DNA of 64,000 nucleotides from Octopus vulgaris (lineage: Eukaryota), in the NCBI GenBank assembly GCA_951406725.2, contig OX597831.1, positions 62,000,001-62,064,000 of the forward strand. The letters run 5' to 3'. How positions within the stretch are numbered: the first letter of the stretch is position 1; every line of letters begins with the position of its first letter. The position numbers were made by a program, and so were the translations under genes. Positions 39,355 to 53,599 of the stretch are shown here, one piece after another. The notes under the pieces were generated by a model. The model was not told the origin of the DNA and made no database searches. It saw nothing but the letters and a program-made list of their open reading frames with translations.

Positions 39355-40182
39355 GCTGATGCAGTTTATGTAACTATAGCACTATACAGAGTTGTGATAG
39401 GAATTGCAAAACTCTGATAATAAAAATAGCGTTTATTTTCCCACTAACGTTTGCATTTAGTAAGTACAGAGTCATAAAATGTACATTAAACGACAGGAAA
39501 GAGCAAGCAAACGGCTTTTACAAATATCTCGACCATTTTCTTTATCTGCATCATAAATTGATGGCATTAAGGTAAACAGAACAGTTGTTGGTGTGATGCA
39601 GAGCACAAATATTGGCGTGAAAGTAACATGCTAGATCACGGATAAACCCACTTTCATTAAGTGCAATATCCAAGCCTGACGCATAAACTTCTAAGGAATG
39701 TTTACATGGACATTTATATAAGGAAGTATAATATATCAGAAAACATAAACGTTTATTTATTTTAAAGCTTCTTTCTATTTTAAATATATTTAGTAAGCAA
39801 AATCTATTCTCATAATTTTATTCGAACATAAAACAGTTCACGAGCTAAACAAAACCGATAAACCATGTAAGAATTTTTTTGTAGCCTCAAACCATTGAAA
39901 TATAAATATAGGATGCAACCTTTGAAATATAAATAGGATATCCCAGGCAAGTATCACACTTTATTTTGGATCGGATGGATATGCAGAATCCATAGTACGT
40001 TAGTTTCCCCACTCTGCAACAATCTCTGCCGCTGATTTGAACTCTAAATGATCTTCATCATGCTAATACGTTATCGGAACGATAATTACGATTCTGATAG
40101 CACATAATGACTTTCATTAGTCATGGATGTAGAAAAATATCAAAAATATACCTTACTTCTATCATTTATTGATTTTAGATTT

Positions 40183-40358
40183 TGTCACAAGGCCAGCAGA
40201 TTTAGTGGCGGGCTAAGCTGATTTAATCGACCCAACTGGTACTTATCTAATCAAGGCCGAAAGAATGAAAGGAAAAGACGACCCTACCAGAATTTGAACT
40301 CAGAAAAGTCGCAAAGCGTTTCGTCCGGTGTGCTAACGATTTTGTCAGCTCACCGCCT
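40183..40358 (-). mobile_element. Degenerate GGCAGAA-family SINE
   Basis: GAATTTGAACTCAGAA...GTGCTAACGATTTTGTCAGCTCACCGCC. Confidence 0.7.
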
Positions 40359-40887
40359 TTCTATTTTATTTTTATCATTTATTAAGTACAATTTGTGGAA
40401 CACACTTAAACATTCGACATAAATGTTGGAAGATAGGAAACCAAAAAAAACGGGATACTGACAAATGAGAACGATTCAGGTAAAATGTATTAAAGAATAC
40501 TCAAACTTTACAAACTGAGCTCCATAATTTCTTGCATATGAATCAGAGGATTGAATTGTTTTAAAGCTTGAATGTGTACATGCACGCTTGGATTTCTATA
40601 ACATCGCAAGTATTCATATTTTTCTAGTGTATCTACATCTTGACACACACACACACTCATATTCATACACTCACACATATTCACAGAAATATATGATTAT
40701 AGAATCATTATTTCAATTGTTTTCCCTCATACGGAATATTATGTATTTTAAAATTAGCGTGTTGAGAAAATTTCGGTTCGTAAAGTAGTTGTTACCTCGA
40801 GTTTAATGACTGTTTACGTTCATTTGCGATTTGAAATCAAACACATTTCTGATATATGTTCCGATGTACATATTCTTCAAATACTAG

Positions 40888-40926
<39 letters not shown>

Positions 40927-40960
40927 AAAATAATAATAATAATAATTATTATTATTATCA

Positions 40961-41033
<73 letters not shown>

Positions 41034-41042
41034 CATTATTAT
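40888..41042. repeat. (TTA)n/(TAA)n microsatellite with an orientation switch
   Basis: Directly visible. Confidence 0.95.
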
Positions 41043-42756
41043 GTTTTTTCTTGAGGAAGGATGTTCGTGTTCTAGTTTTTCATTCAACCGATAGCAAAAG
41101 AATACACGTTCACACTCCACCTAAACAAAAATAAATATTTTCCAGTGTGCGTTTGTGTATGTAAAGAGGCATTTATATCTCAATGAAAAATTGTAGAAAA
41201 GACTTGCTCACATCACAACATATAGATATATATTAATTCTTGAGAAATAATTACGGATTTGAAGCCAATTCCCTTTTCTGTGCCATTTCATAATTTGAAT
41301 AGATATTTTTCTAAATAGATATACAGGTTTTATGTCACACATTTAGATTGTGAAAGACATAATTCCTATTCACAATTCACTGATTCGTTTTATATAAACG
41401 ATCCATTTTATATAAGCAGCAAAGCGTCTTACATTGTACTTTAATCTTGATATGCATGCGTGTAACGTTTTATGCGACAAACTTTTAGTAGATTCAGAAA
41501 ATATTTTGGTAAATACAATGATTTAGAGAGAAGTGAAATTTGAGAACAGCGTAAAACTTTTCGTATCAGAATATAAAGAAGATATTGCATTGTGTTAGAA
41601 GCTATTGCTGAAGGCTGTATTTAAAATTTAATAGCATCTTGGGGAAACTAAATGGCTAGATATGACAAGAATACAAATAGACAGTTTTGTCTCTCAATTG
41701 TTAGGTAGCATTGAGAAGTTGGAAAATGGTAATGAGAATAAAGGGGTTTAAAATGATTATTGTAAAAGCAATAGGATATTTAGTAAGATGCACACGTTTC
41801 AGATTGGATAGCTAATTAGACGAAGAGTTCAGGAGAAATGTGAAGTGTTCACTTTGGAAGAATGATTCACTTCAAGAGAAACTCGAAGAAATTAATCGCT
41901 TTAATAAAATAATTCTAAAGTTCCTGTGAAACAAGTATTACTAATTTCAGAAAACATTACAATCGATCAAAATGAGAAGAAAAATATGAAAATTACCTCT
42001 GACAATAAAATTTTAAAATCGCATCTCAAACACTTCCATTGCTACAAGTGGACGACTAAAACTAACTGTTTTTGTTTAGCTTTGGTTTTTCATTAATGAG
42101 GATTGGATGAATGAGATTCTTTGTAGGGTGTATGTCTGAATGATTCACCGACCGTTTTTGTCCGTTGAATAAAAGTCAGTGTGCGGAAAAAAAGAAAAAG
42201 AAATAAATAAAATCTTCAGCCGTGCACAACTTCCTTGTGGCAAAGGAATCTGCTCAGTGAATGTTAAATAATAAATATTTATAACATTATTTTAGTTACA
42301 AACATTCTGTGATCACATTAATATACACTATTTACATTTGTGAGTTATAAGAGAACATGTATCTCTATGTACACAGAAAGTGTTTAGAGAGAATTGAACC
42401 TTGTATATTTTAATATCCGTTGAATATTATATGCTAGAAACAGCGCATGTTTTTCTTAGCTTTGTTGATAAACTTAGGGCAAGCACTAACACTTAGTATT
42501 TACTCGAATTTTATGCAAATTTGCAAAACCTTACATTGCAAACTTCCTTATAACATCAGTTAGGGCTGAGTGTTTATAACTTTCGACTCGCAATATCCTA
42601 GGTCCCTATTTCAACTCAAATCACAACACCGTGCGCAAGTGTCACAACGAATTACGATTGGGGTAAACATTACTCCGGCAGTGATATTATTAGTCCTAAA
42701 CAGCGCGAAGAAGCCCGTATTACATGCACACACACACACATATATATATATTTTTT

Positions 42757-42984
42757 TCTTTATTGCCTACAAGGGGCTAAACATAGAGGGGACAAACAAG
42801 GACAGAAAAAGGGATTAAGTAGATTATATCGACCCCAGTGCGTAACTGGTACTTTATTTATCGACCCCGAAAGGAGGAAAGGCAAAGTCGACCTCGGCGG
42901 AATTTGAACTCAGAATGTAGTGACAGACGAAATACTGCTAAGCATTTCGCCCGGCGTGCTAACGTTTCTGCCAGCTCGCCGCCT
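42757..42984 (-). mobile_element. GGCAGAA-family SINE, full length
   Basis: Reverse complement match to 25938-26170. Confidence 0.9.
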
Positions 42985-42989
42985 TAATA

Positions 42990-43797
<808 letters not shown>

Positions 43798-43943
43798 TTT
43801 ATATACACACACAAGTAAACCAGTTAACAAATGAATAAACGCTTATCATATAAACTTCAAAACATCATTCAGAGGCTGGATCAAATATGACGTGCAAATT
43901 ATTTGGGAAATGAATGACGTTTAAACATACATACATACATACA

Positions 43944-44071
<128 letters not shown>

Positions 44072-44269
44072 AAATATATACATATACATATGAATAAGAA
44101 AATGCATTACCACCGAGAAATCAAATAGGTACCTTGTGCATGGAAGTCTATGGCTCTTCCCATAACAATGTATATTAGATTCCTTGTTATGGCCGGTTAG
44201 AGAGTGACCATTGGCGTCGCACCTATAAAATGTTTAACCGTATAGGCCACTCATCTGACACAGTTTATT

Positions 44270-44690
44270 GATGCACATTTTATTTTGAGTCCGGGTCAAT
44301 GTGATGAACACAACACTCCTAGTTTAGGGAACTTTCAACGAAATCAGCTAGATCTGCCTCAAGCAATGTCAAATTCTCTCATGATGTAATCTGCTTAGCG
44401 CGCTTTTGCTCAGGTTTCAGAAGATGTGGCACCCACTGAATGCTAAGTTCATTGTACAGGATAACCTCAACTGTCTCAGGGTATATGGTAATAGCATTGA
44501 CTATTTGATTTATAGTCAATCGTCTATCATCGATCACTATGTGGAGAACAAGTTCAATGTTTTCCTTAGCGGTGGCGGTTGCAGGGCTCTCTTTTTGTTC
44601 TCCTTCAGTTGCTCACTTTTGCACTGCTGATAAAGCCGGAGCGTCCTCCCCTAATGAACCAATTATGTGAGGAGTAATTCGTTTGTGGCT
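44270..44690 (-). pseudogene. Mariner transposase remnant
   Basis: Minus-strand peptides GEDAPALSAVQK, DDRRLTINQI and WVPHLLKPEQKR (mariner WVPxL motif), with stops and deletions. Confidence 0.85.
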
Positions 44691-44916
44691 AAATCCGTTT
44701 TCTGTATGTTCTTGATAAAAACACGTTGCCAAATTTGTTTTTTGTGTTTTTTAAATCACTACTAGTTATATTTGAAATGTTCTTTGAACAGTCAGATATT
44801 GTTTAACACGAAAAGTAATAATGCAGTTATTTATAGGAAAAGTCGAATTAATGCACGCAAGATTTCACAGTTCTAGCCTTGAGTGTGTAGTAGAGAGAAG
44901 CTAAATGAAGCTCGTC

Positions 44917-44969
<53 letters not shown>

Positions 44970-45003
44970 TGTGTGTGTATGTGTGTGTGTGTAATATATA
45001 CAT

Positions 45004-45054
<51 letters not shown>

Positions 45055-45093
45055 CATTATATACATATATATGTATATATCTATATCTATCTA

Positions 45094-45154
<61 letters not shown>

Positions 45155-45785
45155 ATATGTGTGTTTGTATGTGTATGTGTGCATGTGCATGTCTCTATGA
45201 GCGTTTTTGTGTTGTTTTTCTTCCCCACTCCATTAACAACTGTTGTTGGTTTGTTTGTGTGTTCATAACTTAACGGTTCAGAAGATAGATCGATATAATA
45301 ATTAGCAGACTGAATAATAAGTACTGAGGTCGATTTTTTTCGACACCCTTTAGTGCAGTGACCCAGTATGGTGGCAGTAAAATGAATGAAACAAAAAAAA
45401 ATAAAATAAGAAATAGAGATAATTTAAATAAAGAAAAAGCTTTATCAACCCAAAAACATTGTATAGCAAAGAAAAGAAAAACAGAAATGAGAATAACCTT
45501 TTCTAGGATTATTTTGGGTGTAGATCACACATATAATGCTCATTTCCTTCTGTGACCCTCGAGTGTCTCATATATTACCATCTTACGTTAAATACGCTGA
45601 TGTTTCCGTAGGATTTGAGTGCAAACAGGATTGGGCCGAAACTGACAACTCTAAAAGTTACGAACGGATTTTGACATAAGTTTAATAGGGTGTTCCTAAG
45701 TTATTTGTCAACCTAACGTACGAAAATTATAAAAGTACACTAAATATGTTTATGGGTCTAAATTCGTGGTAAATTTAACACAAAA

Positions 45786-45956
45786 AAACCACACGTCATC
45801 ACCCAAACTGAACTCAATGATTTACTTCGTGATGTAAGACTTACTAAGGAACAGAGTGAAGTCCTGTCCTCACGTAGGCAATATTGAAACCTGTTGGATA
45901 AAGATGCTTGAATTACAGTATTTAGGAAATGTCCTACAGAACTACACCAATTCTTT
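45786..45956 (+). pseudogene. DNA-transposase fragment, probably Chapaev3-type (CMC group)
   Basis: KPHVITQTELNDLLRDVRLTKEQSEVLSSRRQY*NLL...ITVFRK...FF matches the PHLITQxELNDLVRDLxLSKxxAELLxSRL motif. Family assignment is from memory. Confidence 0.6.
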
Positions 45957-46182
45957 ACAGTATATGCACTACCTCAAAGATATGAAGCTAGAGTAGAAGT
46001 GGTGCTTTATGCAAAAGATCATGCAACTCCATCAAATAAATTTTATTTTTAATTTACACAATCTACTCCAAGACTATTTTAAATTAGTTGAGACATAAAT
46101 CGGATATCGTTCGTTTGAATATCTGTTTGAGATAAGAACCAATTCTGTTATTTTTTCTCCTGAAATTCCACTTATTGATATT

Positions 46183-46620
46183 GGTTTTAAATTGTGGCAC
46201 AACGCCCGAAATTAACTGGATTACATCAACCCCCTAATGCTCAACTGCTACTTATATTATCGACCGCGAAAGGATGAAGGGGAAAAGTCAAACCCTGTGA
46301 AATTTGAATTCAGAAAGTAAAGACGGACAAATTCCCATATGTATTTTGCTCGGCATGCTAACGAATCTGCTATCTCACCGCCTTGGTAAGCACAAATAAT
46401 GACCTTTCTACTGAATGCACAAGGCTTCGAATTTGTAGGAAGGGGTCTAGCCGATTACATCGACCCAAGTACGCAACTGGTACTTAATTTATCGACCCCA
46501 AAAGGATGAAAGGCAAAGTCGCAAAGTCGACCGCGGCGGAATGTGAACTTAGAACATAAAGACGGGCGAAATACTACTAAGCATTTCGTCCAGCATCTTA
46601 ATAATTCTGCCAGCTCCCCC
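46183..46620 (-). mobile_element. Two adjacent GGCAGAA-family SINE copies
   Basis: GAAAGGATGAA-GG...AAAGTC and AATTTGAA motifs occur twice (about 46270 and 46505). Confidence 0.75.
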
Positions 46621-47194
46621 CGTATATAATATCAAATAATAACTTTACACAAAGTTCTATAGAAACATTTTGTGTAATAGAAAAGTAAAAAAAAACAAAA
46701 CATGTAAATGTTTTTGTTTATGGAAAATTCTTCAGACAGCCAACATTATATCTTAAGTAGTTTACACTAGGTAAATATTAGAAGTCAATAAAGTGCTTAT
46801 GAAATACAGGCGTTCAATACGTAGTTCGGGTATTAAACTCAAATTATCGTTCTAATACCTATTTCGTTCAATACTGACATTGAAAAGAAATAAATCAAAG
46901 TCATCCTTTCCTATTTAGATGCTAAGATATGTAAACGATATATGTTTTTGGGTACGTAACTTTGTAGCTCTGTATCACAAAATTTATATTTCCGATAAGG
47001 TCATACCATTTACTAAGATTTTGATTTATGGTATCCTATGACTATTACGTCAAAATTTGAAGATAACGCTGAATTGGTGCAGCGGTATATTTATCTGAGG
47101 TAAGAATATATCGCATAATGACAAACTATTGAATTTGGGGATAAAATCAGGAATATATAGTTTTTATTATTTATATATATATACCTTTTAACAT

Positions 47195-47582
47195 TTATCT
47201 TTAACTTCTTACAGTCATTTGACTGCGGCCATACTGGGGCACCATCTTGGATAAATTGGCCCCAATACTTTCTTTTTTAAATCTTGTACTAATTGTATCG
47301 ACCTCATTTGCAGGAGAGCTAAGTTACAGGGACGTAAACACACCAACAACGGTTGTCAAGTGATGGTGAAGGACAAACACAGACACAAGACACACACAAA
47401 CATGCACACAAACACATAAGACGGGCTTCTTTCAGTTTCCGTCAATCAAATTCAATCATAGGTTTTTAGTCGGTTTCAAGCTGTAGTAGATGACACTTGC
47501 CCAACGTGCCACGCAATGGGACTGAACTGGGAACTATGTGGCTAAGAACCAAGCTTCTTACCACACAGCCACGCTTGCGCCT
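47195..47582 (-). mobile_element. CORE-type SINE copy
   Basis: CAGTCATTTGACTGCGGCC...GACACTTGCCCAA...CTTACCACACAGCCACGCTTGCGCCT. Confidence 0.85.
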
Positions 47583-48530
47583 ATATGTTTATAATTTCAA
47601 AACATAAGATTACGAGAATGTCTTAGTCGTCGGACTGCAACAAAAACTCCAGTTAGTGTATCCAAGAATTACAATAAAATCGCAGAGTCTGAGAAGTAGA
47701 TTTCATCCGTCCTTTTACCCGTACAACCTGAGACTCCGTTAAAGATCCGTGTTAATTCCCGAATAATCTGAAATAATCAGTGGGCCCCATACAAACACAC
47801 ACAAACACTCAGATATATCCTTGAGCGAATATGCATTATATCTCTCTCTCACTGGAGGGAGTGGACACACACGCACCCATACAAATGTCCATATGCACAC
47901 ACTCATACACACATTCCCACTCGGTCTACGTAGACCTATCAACACACACACATACACACACTCACATCCACCCCTCCAATTACATACCATGCAGACTGCC
48001 TCTCAAGCAACCTACTGCTGACTACCCCACCTACGCACATGTGAAAAAACACAACTACACAAAAACAACGACACCTGTTACTACGACAGTAACAAACACA
48101 AAGATTACTCACATATACACATATAGATAGTTGATACTACACACACCACACACGCACACACACACACACAGAGTTACCATACACAGTTACCATACACACA
48201 CACAGTTACCACCACACGCATTCACACCCACGCATACAGTTACTGTCACACACTCACACACGCGGACACAGTTACTGCAACTCCCACATACGCTACTTTA
48301 CACACACACATATACCACTACCACCATCCGCACACACACACACGCTACCGTATACACACACACGCAACCACACACACGCGCGCGCGCACACACACACACA
48401 TACACACGCACGCACACATACACACGCACACACCCTCACATACAGATACATAAACCTTTCTTTACATTCTTCAGCCTCAGAAAGCACTTTCTCTTTGTCC
48501 ATCTACTTCTAAGAATTCTAAAATGTAACT

Positions 48531-48684
48531 ACATGTGGTTTGGTCCATATTTTTTCTTCCGTCTTCCTTTTCCTTTGAACATTCCCGTTTCTGAAGAAGA
48601 ACTTTGCTCGAAACATGAAACAGCCTTTCTTTCCTTTCCTGGGCGTCTTATTAATACTTTGCATTTCCAAGTACTCGCGTTGTT

Positions 48685-48688
<4 letters not shown>
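48531..48688 (+). mobile_element. Short Penelope-pLTR-like element with hammerhead-like motif
   Basis: GTTT-CTGAAGA-AGAAC-TTT-GCTC-GAAACATG-AAAC, homologous to 51195-51386 and followed by (TA)n. Confidence 0.65.
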
Positions 48689-48735
<47 letters not shown>

Positions 48736-48909
48736 AATGCAATATGTGACAATTATCCGGTAGCCATGATAAAACTCTGAGTTTCGGATGTCGGGGCGGA
48801 AACCACGCCATCTACCGAATAGTTGTCACATATTACATTTAGAGATAAATTCCTCTATTTACATAATATCGAGGTCCCTTTCATCCTTTTGTTTTCTTAT
48901 CATTTCTAT

Positions 48910-48959
<50 letters not shown>

Positions 48960-49076
48960 GTATGTGTGTGTGTTACGTCCTGGCTGCCGGGAAATTTTTT
49001 GCTTTTATGAAGGATTTTATTCTTCGTTTGTATACTGTACACTATTTACGCGTTAAAAAATTATCTTTCTACTTGT

Positions 49077-49137
<61 letters not shown>

Positions 49138-50896
49138 GCGTGTGTGTGATAAAAGTATTTTCTAAAAAAAATTTAATATTTGAAGGCGCTGGCGTGGCTC
49201 TGTGGTAAGAATCTTGCTTCCGTTTCATTGTCAGTGTTGTTCGTACCACTGATTGAAGTCACCACGACGGTTTGAATGCTGGTGAAATAGTGATTAAGAA
49301 AGAAGCTATACTGTAAGGTAAGACTTTTGTGTTTTTTTACAGTGGAGTTTTGTTATTTGCCGTAATTACTATTTTTATTTTACAAAAAGAGAAGTCCTCA
49401 TTGGATTCTGGATTCTGGTCTGCCTGGTAGTTGAGTGAATAGTTTTTCTCACTTAATTGTGAGAATTGTTGATGCATATTCAGCTTCCAAAAATTTGTTC
49501 GCTTTTAGCGAATAGTATTTTTTTTTTGTGAGAGTTCAACGAAGATACAACAACTTTGAACAATTTTTGTGAAAGCTGTGTTGCAACTTGTGGCGTTCCA
49601 GAGTCAAATAGGAGTACCAAATAGGCTTGGAGTCTCGAGTGGCCAAAAGATATTTTGCTGTGTTTTTTTGAACTGTACTTTTTTCTTCTTGTATCTTTTA
49701 TTTGTGACTTAATTTTTATTAAACTATTTCCTTTTTCTTCCTTCCTTTTTGTTGAAACTTTCTTTTGATTTCTTTCCTTTTCTTCCTTCTTTTTACAATT
49801 TTTATCGCGAACAGTTTTTCGACATTTAATTGAAAATAAAAACATGGCAAAGAACAAGGACAATGTTATGGAGTGGTATGTTGTCTCACCAAAACAGTGG
49901 TCGAAAGACTTTGAAGAGAAGACGGTGGTGTTGAGGACTTGCTCCAAGTCGCAATATTTGAAAATCGATAATCTTAAATTGAAGATATATAATTATATGA
50001 AAAAGATATTCACAAAGAGCTGACTAATCTATACTTCATAAAAGATTCTCAAATAGGTGTACGCTAATTTCCTTTTAAATTTTTATAGTCAAATTTATTG
50101 ATCGCATTAATCCTTAATAGCGTGTTCAGGATTCTTACATGTTTGTGCTCTTTTATCGATATCAGGGCTTTGCTTTTGATGTTTTGTAGCTTATTATTAA
50201 GTTTGTAATGTAGCTTATTATTTGTAGCTTATTATTAAGTTTGTGATGCTTTCTGTGTTCCATTTTAGGAATGTTTTCAATACGTGTTCAACTACTCCGT
50301 GGTTTTTATGCATTCGATTCATAATTATAATGTACGATGTGTGTATTTTTATAACATGCATTCTCTGAAGTAAATTTTTTTGTATTATATTTGTGTCTGT
50401 AATATTATATAAATTAATCTATTAGTCTATTATTAATATCTGTTGTTAATTAATACTTGTATTTTTCTATGTATCACTTTGTCTAATGCATTTATTGTCG
50501 ACGAGATTATGAATGTTCTCCTGGAGGGTGATTTTTGCACGCATTTGTTTGATACTTTGGTGCAAGCAGAACTACAATTCCTTTCTCTGATATAAAAGTT
50601 ATTCTCTGAAAACGGAGTCTCGCTTGTATTATCTTGGATGTTAAAGTTTTGTACGGATTTGTTTTCCAAGCTTTCCTTTTGTTTTTCAACTTCCTTTCAT
50701 GTAGCCATTATAACTTGTATAGCATCTACGCATTTGATGTATGTTATGTGCCTATGTTTCCAATTTTTTCTATTCTGTATTGTGAATAATTACAACGTCA
50801 CAATCGAATATCCTATGAGGGGAAAATAATTGACGCTAATTTTGGTTGCTTTTTGATAGCGAAAATCACTTCAGTTGTACATATCATAACTATATT

Positions 50897-51124
50897 TTAA
50901 CCCATTAGCATTCAGTTCGCTATGTTAAATCTAAGGCATATTTATTCACATTCTTTTGAAATGACATTGTATTATCTTATAGCTTCAAGTTTTTGATGAT
51001 GTGATTCCTTATTTTTAGAATAACATTGTAGAATAGGTGTGAGAGGCTGGATCTGGACAGTTCAAAAATAAGCTAGGTAGAATATTTAGGACACTTATGG
51101 CCAGTTTAAATGCTAAAGTGTTAA
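50897..51124. mobile_element. piggyBac-like MITE
   Basis: TTAA|CCCATTAGCATT ... AATGCTAAAGTG|TTAA: TTAA target site and short imperfect TIRs. Confidence 0.65.
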
Positions 51125-51194
51125 ATATGTTTGTTGATAACATACTGCTAGCACAAGAAAATTTGTGTATATATATATATATATATACACACAA

Positions 51195-51384
51195 AGTGAC
51201 CCCGTGTGTATCGTTGGCGATTTTCCCTCCGTCTTCCCTTCCTTGGATCTTTTCTTTTCTATTGTTTCTGACGAGGAGCTCCGCTCGAAACGTTAAATCC
51301 CTCTTCTTTCTTTCCTTTCCTGAGAGTCCAATAACACTATACTTGTTCCACGTCCTCGCGTTGTGTTTTCATGTTTGGATTAAC

Positions 51385-51386
<2 letters not shown>
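51195..51386 (+). mobile_element. Short Penelope-pLTR-like element with canonical hammerhead core
   Basis: 51265-51298 reads GTTT-CTGACGA-GGAGC-TCC-GCTC-GAAACGTT-AAAT. Flanked by TA-rich repeats. Confidence 0.75.
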
Positions 51387-51421
<35 letters not shown>

Positions 51422-51486
51422 ATATACTTATATATACTTACATATTTATATGTATATATATACATATATTTATATACACATACATT

Positions 51487-51530
<44 letters not shown>

Positions 51531-52143
51531 TATATATATATATATGCATATTTTTGTACGGTCACAGGTATGCTCACACGTACACAAGCGCACAAGCGCA
51601 CACGAAAACATACACACACGCACACACACACACACATATAAGGAATTAAATTTAAAAAATGAAAAATGAAATCATGTGAGAAACATAAAGGAAGTTATAT
51701 ATACTAAAAGAAACATTATTTTCCCCGATATCAGCAATAATTCTAACGGAAATGTCTTGTTGAATTATGTATATACACAATACCCACATCCGTAGATACA
51801 TATATTGCCGTTGCTTTTAAATACTTACACCCTTTCCACTAACTCTGTAGAACAAATTGCTTCATATTCGAAACTTACTTTGAAAATTAAATTTCAAAAC
51901 CGGGATATTATAGAGGCAATACAATTAATTTTTGAAGATGTAATTGTTTGGCATGATGCCGTGATAAATATTTCGTAAATATAACGGCAATATTTCTTCA
52001 CACAATGTTTAACATAAGGGTCAAAATCATGATTAATTCTGAGAGCGATAACATAATAATAAATAAAATGTCATGAAAGAATGACGCATGAAAAATAAAA
52101 GCCTTTGTGTTTTTGTGCGTGTTTATAAACATACACATACTGC

Positions 52144-52192
<49 letters not shown>

Positions 52193-52396
52193 AATGAGGG
52201 TGAAAAAATAGATATTAATTTAATAATACCGTCAGTTTAACACCAAGTGTCCTAGCACATAAAAACCAAGGAGACAGTACAAATTTATACGTAAATATAA
52301 GAGAGTTAACGTTAAGTGGTTAACTGTAGTGCTAGAAATAAGGAGCTATTTCTAGCACTAGATTTAACCACTTAACGTTAACTCTCTTATATTTAC

Positions 52397-52448
<52 letters not shown>

Positions 52449-52765
52449 TTATTTATTTATATGTGTACGTCTGTGTATGTACATATGTATGTATGTATAG
52501 GCACACTCACTAGATATAGATATCAATGGATATCAGCAGGTCTAAGTAAAGCAGTCCATGAGAAGTGCTGTTTGTATTCTCACTGGCGTTATGGCAATCT
52601 ACTATTCTGGTTTTGGGGGCTAGCACATTACAAATGCTTTCCTTCCCTCTGAATATATGTGTATATTTATACATGTATATGTATGTAATTATCACCAGGA
52701 AGATTCGTAATTTTTGTAATGTAACACAAAAAACTTATTTCACGAAGAGGATATTATATCTGTAT

Positions 52766-53074
52766 ATCACGTGATCACATGACCGACCAGACTATCAGAT
52801 GTTGCTACACATCTCTGGTCACAATGCGCTTCGCATTGTTTTAGCCTTCAAATGACGCCAACCCGCTGGCTAAGCGAGCAGGCCTACAGAAGAAAGAGTG
52901 AGAGAAAGTAGTGGCGAAAGAGTACAGCAGGGATCGCCGCCACCCCCTGACGGAGCCTCGTGGAGTTTTAAGTGTTTTCACTCAGCAAACACGAACAACA
53001 CCCGGTCTGGGAATCGAAACCGCGATCCTACGACCGCGAGTCCGCTGCCCTAACCACTGGGCCATTGCGCCTCC
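52766..53074 (-). mobile_element. tRNA-derived SINE (GGAGGCGCAATGG family) with an alternative 3' tail
   Basis: The 5' about 190 nt matches the 33346-33727 copy. The tail is different and ends GTGATCACGTGAT. Confidence 0.85.
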
Positions 53075-53599
53075 ACATATCTTCATATACTTGCATTTAT
53101 CTGTATGTGTATGTCAAAGTGTACACATATATTTATACACATAGCTCTATATAGACCCCTATATTTATACACCTCCCTCTGACTTTAAGTTCCGTCGAGG
53201 TCGACTTTATACTTGATCCTTTCGGGTTCGATAAAATAAGTACTAGTTGCGTACAGGAGTCGATGTATTCGACCTACCCACTCCTCCGAAATCTCAGGCC
53301 TTTTGCCTAAAATGAAAAAGTATACCCATAGACATCTCACACACATATATGTGTGCGCGCGCACGCTCGTGTGTATAAATGTGCATACATACACACACAC
53401 AAACGCATTACATAAATGAAGTCGGGCCTAGAATTCCAAAGGAAGTGTAAGATGCAAATCCAAGGTCCTTAACACTAACTTTATGAATGATTTCACAAAG
53501 GTAATCATTTCAGCTGTTAGAAATGATGTGCTGGTCTTATCCACAGGTACTTCATGCGCTGATAATATAATTAATGCTATACTGTATTTGCGTTAAGGA

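Noticed and set aside
48131-48736. 201-aa His/Thr-rich ORF
   Set aside because: Degenerate (CA)n with ACAGTTAC mini-repeats running into a repeat element and (TA)n.
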